From a virus (lineage: Duplodnaviria > Caudoviricetes), in IMG/VR virus record IMGVR_UViG_3300026116_000040, positions 1,149 to 65,148 of that record: a stretch of 64,000 nt of DNA. The stretch is one strand, 5' to 3'. Below are positions 47,548 through 54,980 of this stretch, piece by piece. Below the pieces are notes generated by a model. The model searched no databases and was not told the origin of the DNA. It saw only the letters and a program-made list of their open reading frames with translations. Position 1 is the first letter of the stretch. Each line of letters opens with the position of its first letter. The translations under genes and the position numbers were made by a program.

Positions 47548-47553
47548 ATAATG

Positions 47554-47626
47554 TGTACCCTAAAGGGGTCGAACCTTTATCCCCTTTCTTATGAGGAAAG
47601 TGCTTTACCAATTAAGCTAAAGGAAC
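47554..47626 (-). tRNA. tRNA(CAT), probably Ile2 (lysidine), otherwise Met
   Basis: CTTTC-CTCATAA-GAAAG; third CAT tRNA of the window. Confidence 0.8.
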
Positions 47627-47630
47627 ATAG

Positions 47631-47701
47631 AGTACACAGAAAGAATCGAACTTTCTACTTTTGTTTTGCAGACAAATCTCAATCCATTTGAGTTTATGTA
47701 C
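47631..47701 (-). tRNA. trnC: tRNA-Cys(GCA)
   Basis: TTTGT-CTGCAAA-ACAAA; U73. Confidence 0.85.
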
Positions 47702-47706
47702 TTGTG

Positions 47707-47780
47707 AGCAGATAGCGAGAATCGAACTCGCTCTATTCCAGTTTGGAAGACTGGCGCACCACCAACTATGCGTTATCTGC
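47707..47780 (-). tRNA. trnG: tRNA-Gly(TCC)
   Basis: CCAGT-CTTCCAA-ACTGG; U73. Confidence 0.87.
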
Positions 47781-47789
47781 TTATTATCG

Positions 47790-47862
47790 TATTCGGTACG
47801 GGCATCGAACCCGTATCTGCAAAGTGAAAGTTTGCTATCCTGACCATTTAGAAGAACCGAAC
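47790..47862 (-). tRNA. trnE: tRNA-Glu(TTC)
   Basis: GCAAA-CTTTCAC-TTTGC. Confidence 0.87.
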
Positions 47863-47911
47863 ATTTCGTCGGTCTCCTCACTTAATCTGTTTTTCATTTT
47901 CATTTTTTAAG

Positions 47912-47983
47912 TTGGAATAAAAGGACTTGAACCTTTAGCCTTCGACGTATCAGGTCGCTGCTCCACCATTGAGCTATACTCCA
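47912..47983 (-). tRNA. trnI: tRNA-Ile(GAT)
   Basis: CGAC-CTGATAC-GTCG. Confidence 0.87.
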
Positions 47984-47989
47984 ATATTG

Positions 47990-48060
47990 TTGCGGAGAAG
48001 AGAATCGAACTCTTATCTGAGGCTTATGAGGCCCCCGTGCTACCGTTACACCACCACGCA
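47990..48060 (-). tRNA. trnM: tRNA-Met(CAT)
   Basis: GGGGC-CTCATAA-GCCTC. Confidence 0.82.
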
Positions 48061-48066
48061 ATTTTG

Positions 48067-48138
48067 AGCTTAGATTCGGAACTGACCCGAAAATTGATGC
48101 TTACAAGGCAACTGTTTTTCCCGTTAAACTATCCAAGC
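48067..48138 (-). tRNA. trnT: tRNA-Thr(TGT)
   Basis: TGC-CTTGTAA-GCA; atypical T-loop GTCAGTT. Confidence 0.78.
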
Positions 48139-48143
48139 TTAAG

Positions 48144-48215
48144 CACACCCTCTTTGAATCGAACAAAGTCCTTCGGTTTTGGAGACCGATTGGCTACCAT
48201 TAGCCCAAGATGCGT
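48144..48215 (-). tRNA. trnW: tRNA-Trp(CCA)
   Basis: TCGGT-CTCCAAA-ACCGA; G73. Confidence 0.83.
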
Positions 48216-48217
48216 AT

Positions 48218-48250
48218 AAAATAAAAAACCCCGATTTTTGGTCGAGGCTT
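48218..48250 (-). terminator. Attenuator terminator 4
   Basis: Minus strand GCCTCGA-CCAAAAA-TCGGGGT-TTTTT; CGGGGT at the leader end duplicates the 3' arm. Confidence 0.82.
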
Positions 48251-48276
48251 ACAATTTATATTTTTATAAATTTACT

Positions 48277-48369
48277 TCACCCCGTTATTTTAAATTTCTC
48301 AAACATGGCAATCCCAACACACCATTTTGTTGCGTTTGTTCTCGTGCCTATATTTGTAATTAGTTTCAT
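48277..48369 (-). CDS. Attenuator leader peptide 4 (Trp/Thr/Met/Ile/Glu/Gly/Cys/Ala/Val/Lys/Arg)
   Basis: MKLITNIGTRTNATKWCVGIAMFEKFKITG; contains all 11 amino acids of the downstream 12-tRNA operon. Confidence 0.8.
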   Translation of the reverse strand: MKLITNIGTRTNATKWCVGIAMFEKFKITG

Positions 48370-48398
48370 TGAAAATAGTATTGTTTTAAATATTTCGA

Positions 48399-48447
48399 CA
48401 AATATATGAATAATTGTTTTATATATCCAAATTTATTTTTACATTTG
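48399..48447. promoter_or_regulatory. Back-to-back Bacteroidota promoters for tRNA operons 3 and 4
   Basis: CAAATATA at 48399-48406 (minus) and TACATTTG at 48440-48447 (plus). Confidence 0.8.
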
Positions 48448-48451
48448 TACC

Positions 48452-48520
48452 ATGAAAACACAAAAATCATATAGCCTGTCTTTAAGTTATTCGTTGAGTA
48501 AACAAGAGGCATTCTATTGA
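48452..48520 (+). CDS. Attenuator leader peptide 3 (Ser/Tyr/Leu)
   Basis: MKTQKSYSLSLSYSLSKQEAFY, upstream of tRNA-Leu, Tyr, Ser, Ser and Leu. Confidence 0.87.
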   Translation: MKTQKSYSLSLSYSLSKQEAFY

Positions 48521-48538
48521 TTATACTGAAATAGATAC

Positions 48539-48579
48539 AAAAAAGCCTCTCGAATTTAATTGGGAGGCTTTTTTTATTT
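48539..48579 (+). terminator. Attenuator terminator 3
   Basis: AAAAGCCTCTCGA...TTGGGAGGCTTTTTTT; AGAGGC at 48505-48510 is an alternative partner of GCCTCT. Confidence 0.87.
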
Positions 48580-48653
48580 GCAGCAATGGTGAAACTGGTA
48601 AACACACAGGACTTAAAATCCTGACGCTTTGGGTTCGATTCCCAATTGCTGCA
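48580..48653 (+). tRNA. trnL: tRNA-Leu(TAA), short variable loop
   Basis: CAGGA-CTTAAAA-TCCTG; 5-nt variable region. Confidence 0.88.
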
Positions 48654-48659
48654 CTAAAT

Positions 48660-48733
48660 GGGTTGTTCATTGCTAACAGGTAAGCATTCGGTCTGTAACA
48701 CCGCTAATAGAGGTTCGATTCCTTTACACCCCA
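48660..48733 (+). tRNA. trnY: tRNA-Tyr(GTA), short variable loop
   Basis: CGGT-CTGTAAC-ACCG; ~4-nt variable region. Confidence 0.82.
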
Positions 48734-48738
48734 CATAC

Positions 48739-48824
48739 GGAAGATTAAACAGAAAGGCTCTGTAACCGCCTGCTAAGCGAGTTGTCCTGTAAAAAGGGAT
48801 GGATTTCGAATATTCAGTCTTCCG
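48739..48824 (+). tRNA. trnS: tRNA-Ser(GCT)
   Basis: CGC-CTGCTAA-GCG; long variable arm; G73. Confidence 0.8.
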
Positions 48825-48827
48825 TTT

Positions 48828-48921
48828 GGAAAGTAAAGCAGCTACATTGGAGTGGCGACTAGTCTTGAAAACTAGGTATCGGCGTAAAAAACTGATTGGA
48901 GGTCGGGTCTTCTGCTTTCCG
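48828..48921 (+). tRNA. trnS: tRNA-Ser(TGA)
   Basis: CTAGT-CTTGAAA-ACTAG; long variable arm; G73; atypical T-loop. Confidence 0.8.
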
Positions 48922-48926
48922 CAAAT

Positions 48927-49000
48927 GCCCAATTGGCGAAATTGGTAAACGCGCTACTCTTAGAAAGTAGATTTTACAGGTTCGACTCCTGTATTGGGCA
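48927..49000 (+). tRNA. trnL: tRNA-Leu(TAG), short variable loop
   Basis: CTACT-CTTAGAA-AGTAG; 5-nt variable region. Confidence 0.88.
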
Positions 49001-49664
49001 CAATTATAGCGTTCTTGTCCAACCCTTTAAATTTGTCATTTATCGTCTTCCTTTGGACATCAACATACTCTACACCCCATTGGTATGTCTTGTTTATTTT
49101 GCTCAGTCTTTTTTCATACATCTTATGCCGGCTGTAAACATAGTCGGGAGAAATGTACTTATAATGTAGTAATGGAACGGTGAATGGACTGTAAATAATA
49201 TTACCAATAGGATTTGCGGTATGGCAACCTGGCAAATAATTTATTTCTTGGATTTGATTGGGTCTAAAAAAACAAAGTTTGCTATACATTGAGTTAGGAA
49301 CGCCCAAACGCGAAGGTGGCGGACCAATCATATCGTAGCCTTTCGTTTTTACGATGGATGTATTTTTTAAGTCGGCGTTTACCGGCAACTCTAAAAATTC
49401 ATCAATGTCAACTACGCACACCCAGTCCGCTTTGCTTTTCTTCCAACAGCTGTTTTTTATTTTAAGATACAAATCATCCCGTATTTCATCTTGTGAATTA
49501 TAATCGATCAGCGTGCATCCAGCAGCATTTATTATTTCACGGGAATTGTCGATAGACCGGTTATCGAAAATGGTGATGTTGGCCCCCATAGATTGATAAT
49601 GCTTTATGAAGTGGGGCAGTAAGAACGCTTCATTGTAACAGATACTAAATACGTCGATGTTCAT
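48960..49664 (-). CDS. GT2-like glycosyltransferase
   Basis: YNEAFLLPHFIKHY, FDNRSID, DWVCVVDIDEFL; 3' end overlaps tRNA-Leu antisense. Confidence 0.85.
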   Translation of the reverse strand: MNIDVFSICYNEAFLLPHFIKHYQSMGANITIFDNRSIDNSREIINAAGCTLIDYNSQDEIRDDLYLKIKNSCWKKSKADWVCVVDIDEFLELPVNADLKNTSIVKTKGYDMIGPPPSRLGVPNSMYSKLCFFRPNQIQEINYLPGCHTANPIGNIIYSPFTVPLLHYKYISPDYVYSRHKMYEKRLSKINKTYQWGVEYVDVQRKTINDKFKGLDKNAIIVPNTGVEPVKSTF

Positions 49665-49756
49665 GTTGTAGTTATTTAAGACACCAAAGCCGCCTACGTG
49701 AACGTAAGCGGCTTGTTTTACAGATAAACCTTACGGGGTTTGGCTGTCGGTTGGAA

Positions 49757-49915
49757 TTACTTTTTCTCTGCCGCTTTTTTAGCGTCTTGTTCGGGTTTAT
49801 AGACTAAGAAATAATAAAGTCCAGCTGTTGCTACAATTAATGCGGCAACCACTAGACCTGTATTACTTTTTTCTCCTCCAGGTAAAGCGGGAGTATTGAA
49901 TGATGTGATTGACAT
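49757..49915 (-). CDS. Small membrane protein (52 aa, not in ORF track)
   Basis: MSITSFNTPALPGGEKSNTGLVVAALIVATAGLYYFLVYKP...; hairpin at 49688-49714 downstream. Confidence 0.6.
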   Translation of the reverse strand: MSITSFNTPALPGGEKSNTGLVVAALIVATAGLYYFLVYKPEQDAKKAAEKK

Positions 49916-49919
49916 GGTT

Positions 49920-50531
49920 TTATTTTTTAGTTAAAATGAATTTTTGATTAGTTTCTTTTAAAAGGAAATGTGTGGTAGCAATACCATTATCTCCATCCTT
50001 CTCATAGGTTTCAAAGATAACAGAATAAGCAACAGGAGCCAAAGTTTTTAATTCGGCCAGGTCAACTTCGATTTTGCCAGCTCTGAACATAGACAAAAGC
50101 TCTTTATCTATTTCAACTCCTTTCGGGTCGTCCGTTTTCGCAGGCTCATCAACTTTTGCAGGCGGTTCAACTTTTACAGGTGGCGAGGCTGGTTCAACTG
50201 TTTTGGACGGCGCTGCCGGTTCATCTTTTTTTATGTCCGCAATGATAGTAGCGGCGGCGGCCGGAGGTGCTGAAGCGTTACTATTCTTATCCTCCATGTA
50301 ATCTAAAATCTCTCTAACTATCCACCTGTCAAAGGCTTTTATCTTATTTTCAGTAGAAGCAGAAGGGGTGTATTTTTTACCATTCTTCACTGCTTTCTTT
50401 TCTTGAAGGACAATAGCTTTTTCTATTTCTTTAATTTGCTGAATGCCGAGCTGGGCTTCTGGTGTAAGATCGGTGGCGGCAAGGCTATGCTCTACCAGCA
50501 GGTCTTCGTAAGCGTATTTTGATTTTGACAT
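49920..50531 (-). CDS. Hypothetical protein with Pro/Ala-rich linker
   Basis: 203-aa ORF. Confidence 0.65.
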   Translation of the reverse strand: MSKSKYAYEDLLVEHSLAATDLTPEAQLGIQQIKEIEKAIVLQEKKAVKNGKKYTPSASTENKIKAFDRWIVREILDYMEDKNSNASAPPAAAATIIADIKKDEPAAPSKTVEPASPPVKVEPPAKVDEPAKTDDPKGVEIDKELLSMFRAGKIEVDLAELKTLAPVAYSVIFETYEKDGDNGIATTHFLLKETNQKFILTKK

Positions 50532-50538
50532 ATTTTGT

Positions 50539-51867
50539 TTATTTTAGTTTTTTTCTTTTAGCTATTTTCGCCTTCTCCCTTTCGATCAACTCTTTATTTT
50601 CTTTCGATATGCCTGCCGCTAACGCCTTAACGCCTTTGCCTGTTTTTTCTTCTGCGCGTTGTTCCGATAGAGCTATAGCAACGGCTTGTTTTGGGTTTTT
50701 CACTTTTTGTCCAGATGAAGTTTTTAACTCCCCCTTTTTAAATTCCTTCATCACCTTTTTTATTTTATCAGTGCCTTTAGGAGAGGACAGAGTTCCGCCG
50801 GTGGCGAGTTTTTCAATAGTAATAATTCGCGGATTAACAATCTCTGCAAGTTTTTTAAAATTTTCTTTACTTAAAACAATCTCCCCTAATTTCATGTTAC
50901 CAACGCCTATTGCCGATACTGTATACCAACTTAATTTGTTTTTTTGATTGTAAGTGACGTCATCTATTGGCATTCCAGCATAATACGCTTTCTTGCCCTT
51001 TATTTGGATGGAATTGGCCGAATACTTTTCGCCTCTTTCGTCTATAAGACTTTCTTCCTTTGATGTTGCTTTTTTCTCCTTAATCCTCCCCTCCATCAAC
51101 TCAACATACTTTTTCTTCAGGTTTTCCGGCAATAGCGGATTTTTTTTAGCTGCCGCTATTTCTTTTTCCATCTGCTCGATGGTTTGTTCTGATTTTTTGA
51201 TTATTGGCATTACGGTTCCTCCTTGGTTGTATGTTTTTGGTTTGTCAATAAAAAATATGGTATCTATGAAATATAAAGTGTCATCTTTTGTTAGCACATT
51301 TTCATCATGTAGGTCTTCTAATATTATCCCTAATTCAGGATTACGGTAATCATTATTTCTTATGTTTGTAAATCCGTTTTCCAACATAAACGCTTTTACT
51401 TTTGCTATATCTGTTATACTTGTAGCTTTTATTAATGGTTGCTCTACAATAGAATATAATTTGTTTTCTGTTTCTGTGAAGCCTATTAATTCATAAGCGG
51501 TAATGGGGAAGAAAAAATTATGCAACAATAGGCTATAGAGATAGTCTTCCCAAGATAAATAACAAATCGCATCATTTAATTTAATTACAGTGTTTTCATC
51601 TTTCAGGTAAACCTTTTGCTCCATCCCTTGAGCTGCGCTAGGCTTAGATATTATTTCACCTACACTTGGAGAAGCCCACAACTTTTTATCTGTAATATAA
51701 CTTTTTAATAATTCTATTTCTTCTTGTTCGTGTTGCTTGCTTCCTTTAGCCAACGCACTTGTGCCTTGAACTCTTTTAAGGTGACTGGACGCTGCTTCGA
51801 TAGCTGCCCCTTTTGCAACTTTGCTAATTCCTGAAATGACATCTCGTATGGTTTTATTGGTTATCAT
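50539..51867 (-). CDS. Polyvalent-protein-type kinase fused to further modules (C-terminal DUF6496-like)
   Basis: GMEQKVY...VIKLN...LHNFFFP..AYELIGF...DLHDENVL...FID; C-terminal VMKEFKKGELKTSSGQKVKNPKQAVAIALSE. Confidence 0.75.
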   Translation of the reverse strand: MITNKTIRDVISGISKVAKGAAIEAASSHLKRVQGTSALAKGSKQHEQEEIELLKSYITDKKLWASPSVGEIISKPSAAQGMEQKVYLKDENTVIKLNDAICYLSWEDYLYSLLLHNFFFPITAYELIGFTETENKLYSIVEQPLIKATSITDIAKVKAFMLENGFTNIRNNDYRNPELGIILEDLHDENVLTKDDTLYFIDTIFFIDKPKTYNQGGTVMPIIKKSEQTIEQMEKEIAAAKKNPLLPENLKKKYVELMEGRIKEKKATSKEESLIDERGEKYSANSIQIKGKKAYYAGMPIDDVTYNQKNKLSWYTVSAIGVGNMKLGEIVLSKENFKKLAEIVNPRIITIEKLATGGTLSSPKGTDKIKKVMKEFKKGELKTSSGQKVKNPKQAVAIALSEQRAEEKTGKGVKALAAGISKENKELIEREKAKIAKRKKLK

Positions 51868-51882
51868 GCACAAATATAGTAA

Positions 51883-53808
51883 TTATTCCTTCTCCAACTC
51901 CTTAATCTTCTCTTGACACGCTTTCTTTTCTTTGCCTTTTAAAGTTGGCACCAAAGATCTTAAAATAGATATGGTGCTTTGTTTATCTTCTGTTGTTGTA
52001 TCAGCTTCCGTAGGGACATTCCCACCCTCCCCATACTGCCCTTCTTTAATATGTTCATCCAAAGCGTTTTTTATTTCGGACGCCAAAAATTCATACTTTG
52101 CATTGTGGGCCAACGAAAATTGTGATAATTTGTGATCAGATAAGAAATGTTTTCTTTGCTTTTTGTTAAAAGACCCCCAAACTACCTCCGCCGTTTTACC
52201 GGCATAGTTGTTAGGAATGGTGCCGCCTTTTTCATAAGAGTAAAATTTAGGAGCAACAAAATTTTTATCAATTAATTTAGCTTCATTTGTAGCAACTTTT
52301 ATAGCATCATTATATCCAGATGGGAACGATATTATAAATTTTGGATTCTTGGGGTCTTTTAATCCGCCAAATTTCCACGTCTCCATTATTTCATTAAATT
52401 TATCTTTAGCAGATTCAATGGTGCCGCCATCACCAAATTCTTTTTTATCGCTTTTCATTATTTCAACAAACTCTTCAACTTCTTTTTTTGATTTAACACC
52501 TAAATAAGAATCTTTTAAGCGGTCATCAATACTTGTATTTTCGTTAACTATTTCGTTAGCAATTTCCGCTATTTTAATTAAAGAACCCTCACGCATTGAG
52601 CCTGAATGGAATTTTGCTAACTCCCATTTTCCTTCGCTTATAGCCTTTTTTACCATTTCAGAATCATAAACAGCTATATGATAATTTTCTCCTCCTCCAT
52701 CGATGAAAAACGCAAGATAATCATTGCCTCTATTTCGTATTAAAATTACGCGTTTATTGTAATTGCTTTTGTTTATGTAAGGTTTAAATAATCGAGGTGT
52801 GGCCAATACCGTTCCGCCTTCGCCCATTTCTTCTGCGTCCGCTAGCCCCATCAACTCCTCTCTTGCTCTTTTTGTTTCTTCTAGTGCGTCCTCAACGCGT
52901 CGGTTTAAATCCGCTATTTCTTGATCCAATTCTAGTTTTTTAATAGATAATTCAACCAGCATTTTCTCTGCTTCAAAGTTTTCCAAATTAAGCTCTTTAA
53001 TGGAGGGGAGACTAATTATGCGATCATTAAAAAGCACTAAAAAGTTAGCAAAAGGTAATATCAGATTGTCTTTCGGATTAACAAATTTAGGGCTATGAGA
53101 TAAAATAAGTTCCCCGTTTTTAATGTCGTTTATTATCCACGTCTTTTCATCATTTGACGCTTCATTGTTAATTATTGTTGTGCCTACTTTTATTGGTTCC
53201 ATTTTGTTTATTGTTTGTGTATTTATATTACCACCTTCACTCATTTTTTTAGGATTATGACCCCAGATGAGTAAAGCTAAATGTTTCCTGGTTTTGTTTC
53301 CCTTTTCATCATAAAGTGGTCCGTCAACACCTTTCATTCTGCTAATGAATGACACCTGCCTTTTGGCCCACTCCTGCATTTCCGCAGTCCAACCGCTTTT
53401 AGGGGTTGATTTCATTTTGATGGTCCACCTCGCCGATTCTCTTCCTGATTTAATGCCTTGTTCTTTTGCTTCCTCAGAGCTTAATCCAGCCTCTTTACCT
53501 TCTTCCGAATCGTAAAACTTTTGAAGTTCGGAAGCGGACATGTTTACAAGTGAATCCCAATTTGCGGGGATGGTGCCGCCATCATGGAAGGTTTGTTTAT
53601 TTGGATCTAAGATGGGAACGCCGCCCCCATCTTGATTTATTTCGGAAAGTAATTCGTGATGCTTTTCTACGGCCTTTGATGTGATAATAGCTTCTCCAGA
53701 CTCTAGCTCGACAGGCTTTTTGGTATCAACAACGATGGCCGCAATTCCACCTTCGCTGTGCTTTTTACCGTCTAATATTCCGCCTTTTGTTCCGTCGTTA
53801 GTTTCCAT
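51883..53808 (-). CDS. Modular polyprotein-like protein with repeated [FYM]xxGG linkers and a DUF3140-like domain
   Basis: FHDGG, MSEGG, MGEGG, FGDGG, YEKGG, YGEGG; LVNMSASEL...LLIWGHNP. Confidence 0.7.
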   Translation of the reverse strand: METNDGTKGGILDGKKHSEGGIAAIVVDTKKPVELESGEAIITSKAVEKHHELLSEINQDGGGVPILDPNKQTFHDGGTIPANWDSLVNMSASELQKFYDSEEGKEAGLSSEEAKEQGIKSGRESARWTIKMKSTPKSGWTAEMQEWAKRQVSFISRMKGVDGPLYDEKGNKTRKHLALLIWGHNPKKMSEGGNINTQTINKMEPIKVGTTIINNEASNDEKTWIINDIKNGELILSHSPKFVNPKDNLILPFANFLVLFNDRIISLPSIKELNLENFEAEKMLVELSIKKLELDQEIADLNRRVEDALEETKRAREELMGLADAEEMGEGGTVLATPRLFKPYINKSNYNKRVILIRNRGNDYLAFFIDGGGENYHIAVYDSEMVKKAISEGKWELAKFHSGSMREGSLIKIAEIANEIVNENTSIDDRLKDSYLGVKSKKEVEEFVEIMKSDKKEFGDGGTIESAKDKFNEIMETWKFGGLKDPKNPKFIISFPSGYNDAIKVATNEAKLIDKNFVAPKFYSYEKGGTIPNNYAGKTAEVVWGSFNKKQRKHFLSDHKLSQFSLAHNAKYEFLASEIKNALDEHIKEGQYGEGGNVPTEADTTTEDKQSTISILRSLVPTLKGKEKKACQEKIKELEKE

Positions 53809-53854
53809 TACGGCAAATATACTAAAAAAGATTTGTATAAAACAAAATTTTTGT

Positions 53855-54091
53855 TTATGGTAGTAACTTATGCAGCTTTGCCGCATCTTCATATCTTTCC
53901 TCTGCGACAGCTAGTTTAATTCTTTGATGGATGTCAACAGGATACAGCTTTCGTATGTCATTTATATGTTCCCCGTTGATCCTAAAATCTACTTCACAGC
54001 CACCGGCTTCAAGACAAGCTTTAGAAAACAATCCGGCAAGGAAGCCCATGAAGCGCATCGCCTGTTGTTGTTCATTGGTTAGTTCGGTCAT
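53855..54091 (-). CDS. UVR (UvrB/C) motif protein
   Basis: IKLAVAEERYEDAAKL. Confidence 0.6.
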   Translation of the reverse strand: MTELTNEQQQAMRFMGFLAGLFSKACLEAGGCEVDFRINGEHINDIRKLYPVDIHQRIKLAVAEERYEDAAKLHKLLP

Positions 54092-54333
54092 ATTTTGTCT
54101 ATTAATTTATCTATACTAATTATTTGCTGGTAACCCTTAAACATACCGTTAGTGGGTTTTGCGACTAAATGGTGCGTTGTGATATTAAAAGTTTCCGACC
54201 CTTTCCGTTTCCTGCCCTTAGCATATATTCCAGTCTTTATATTATCAGAAGAAATATCTATAAACGCTTGCAATAAAGCGGCATTTATATTTTCCTTCGT
54301 ATCGTTTAAGGTTGCATTCTTACTTTCTCCCAT
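54088..54333 (-). CDS. Hypothetical protein
   Basis: ORF in an overlapping gene string. Confidence 0.5.
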   Translation of the reverse strand: MGESKNATLNDTKENINAALLQAFIDISSDNIKTGIYAKGRKRKGSETFNITTHHLVAKPTNGMFKGYQQIISIDKLIDKI

Positions 54334-54538
54334 CCTGCCACTCTTTATAAGATATTAGCACCGCTTCATCATTTGTGCACAAGATAAACGGCTCATTTAC
54401 AGGCGTCAACTTATCAATCAACACTTGCTCTTTTGTCGGCTCCACAAATGTATCAATTATTTTCTTCCACTTTCTGTATTCCTTTTTGTGGTAGAAGTAC
54501 TTCTGTTTGGCTTCAGCCAATGTGCTCCCGTGTTTCAA
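54320..54538 (-). CDS. Hypothetical protein
   Basis: ORF in an overlapping gene string. Confidence 0.45.
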   Translation of the reverse strand: MKHGSTLAEAKQKYFYHKKEYRKWKKIIDTFVEPTKEQVLIDKLTPVNEPFILCTNDEAVLISYKEWQDGRK

Positions 54539-54969
54539 TTTGCTAATTTAAAAATTATTGACATACAAAAACAAACTCCCAAAACGATGAAAAGTGTAGA
54601 AAAACTTATCATTCCGACTATTCTCAATATCTTACTCCACCATTTTTTAGCGGTGAACAGGAAACATTTTACCGCTAAGATTGCACTCCAAAAGAAAGCG
54701 AATGCAAGGGAGTAGTATTTAAGGACCGCCCAATTATGTTCTTCCCACGAAGGTCTCCAACTGTTATATTTTGCAGACAACAAAGCTATTACAGCTAACA
54801 GAATTACGGACAAGACTTGTACCGCCGGCAAATAATCGTATGGGGTATCTTTGTAAAATTCAGCATGGTCTTGCGGGTCTTCAGTTGATCCATTATAGGT
54901 TGTTGACCGGTCGAAATGGGGCGTGTTTTTCTTTGCCATTTTTGCGTAAAATTCTTGATGGTGGTTCAT
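54535..54969 (-). CDS. Membrane protein (3 TM)
   Basis: Three hydrophobic helices. Confidence 0.6.
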   Translation of the reverse strand: MNHHQEFYAKMAKKNTPHFDRSTTYNGSTEDPQDHAEFYKDTPYDYLPAVQVLSVILLAVIALLSAKYNSWRPSWEEHNWAVLKYYSLAFAFFWSAILAVKCFLFTAKKWWSKILRIVGMISFSTLFIVLGVCFCMSIIFKLAN

Positions 54970-54980
54970 GTTAGTAAAGG

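Noticed and set aside
45363-49169. ORF-track entries overlapping the tRNA array (e.g. 45427..45690, 45491..45784, 47612..47881, 48654..48932)
   Set aside because: They overlie recognisable tRNA cloverleaves and show no protein-like features
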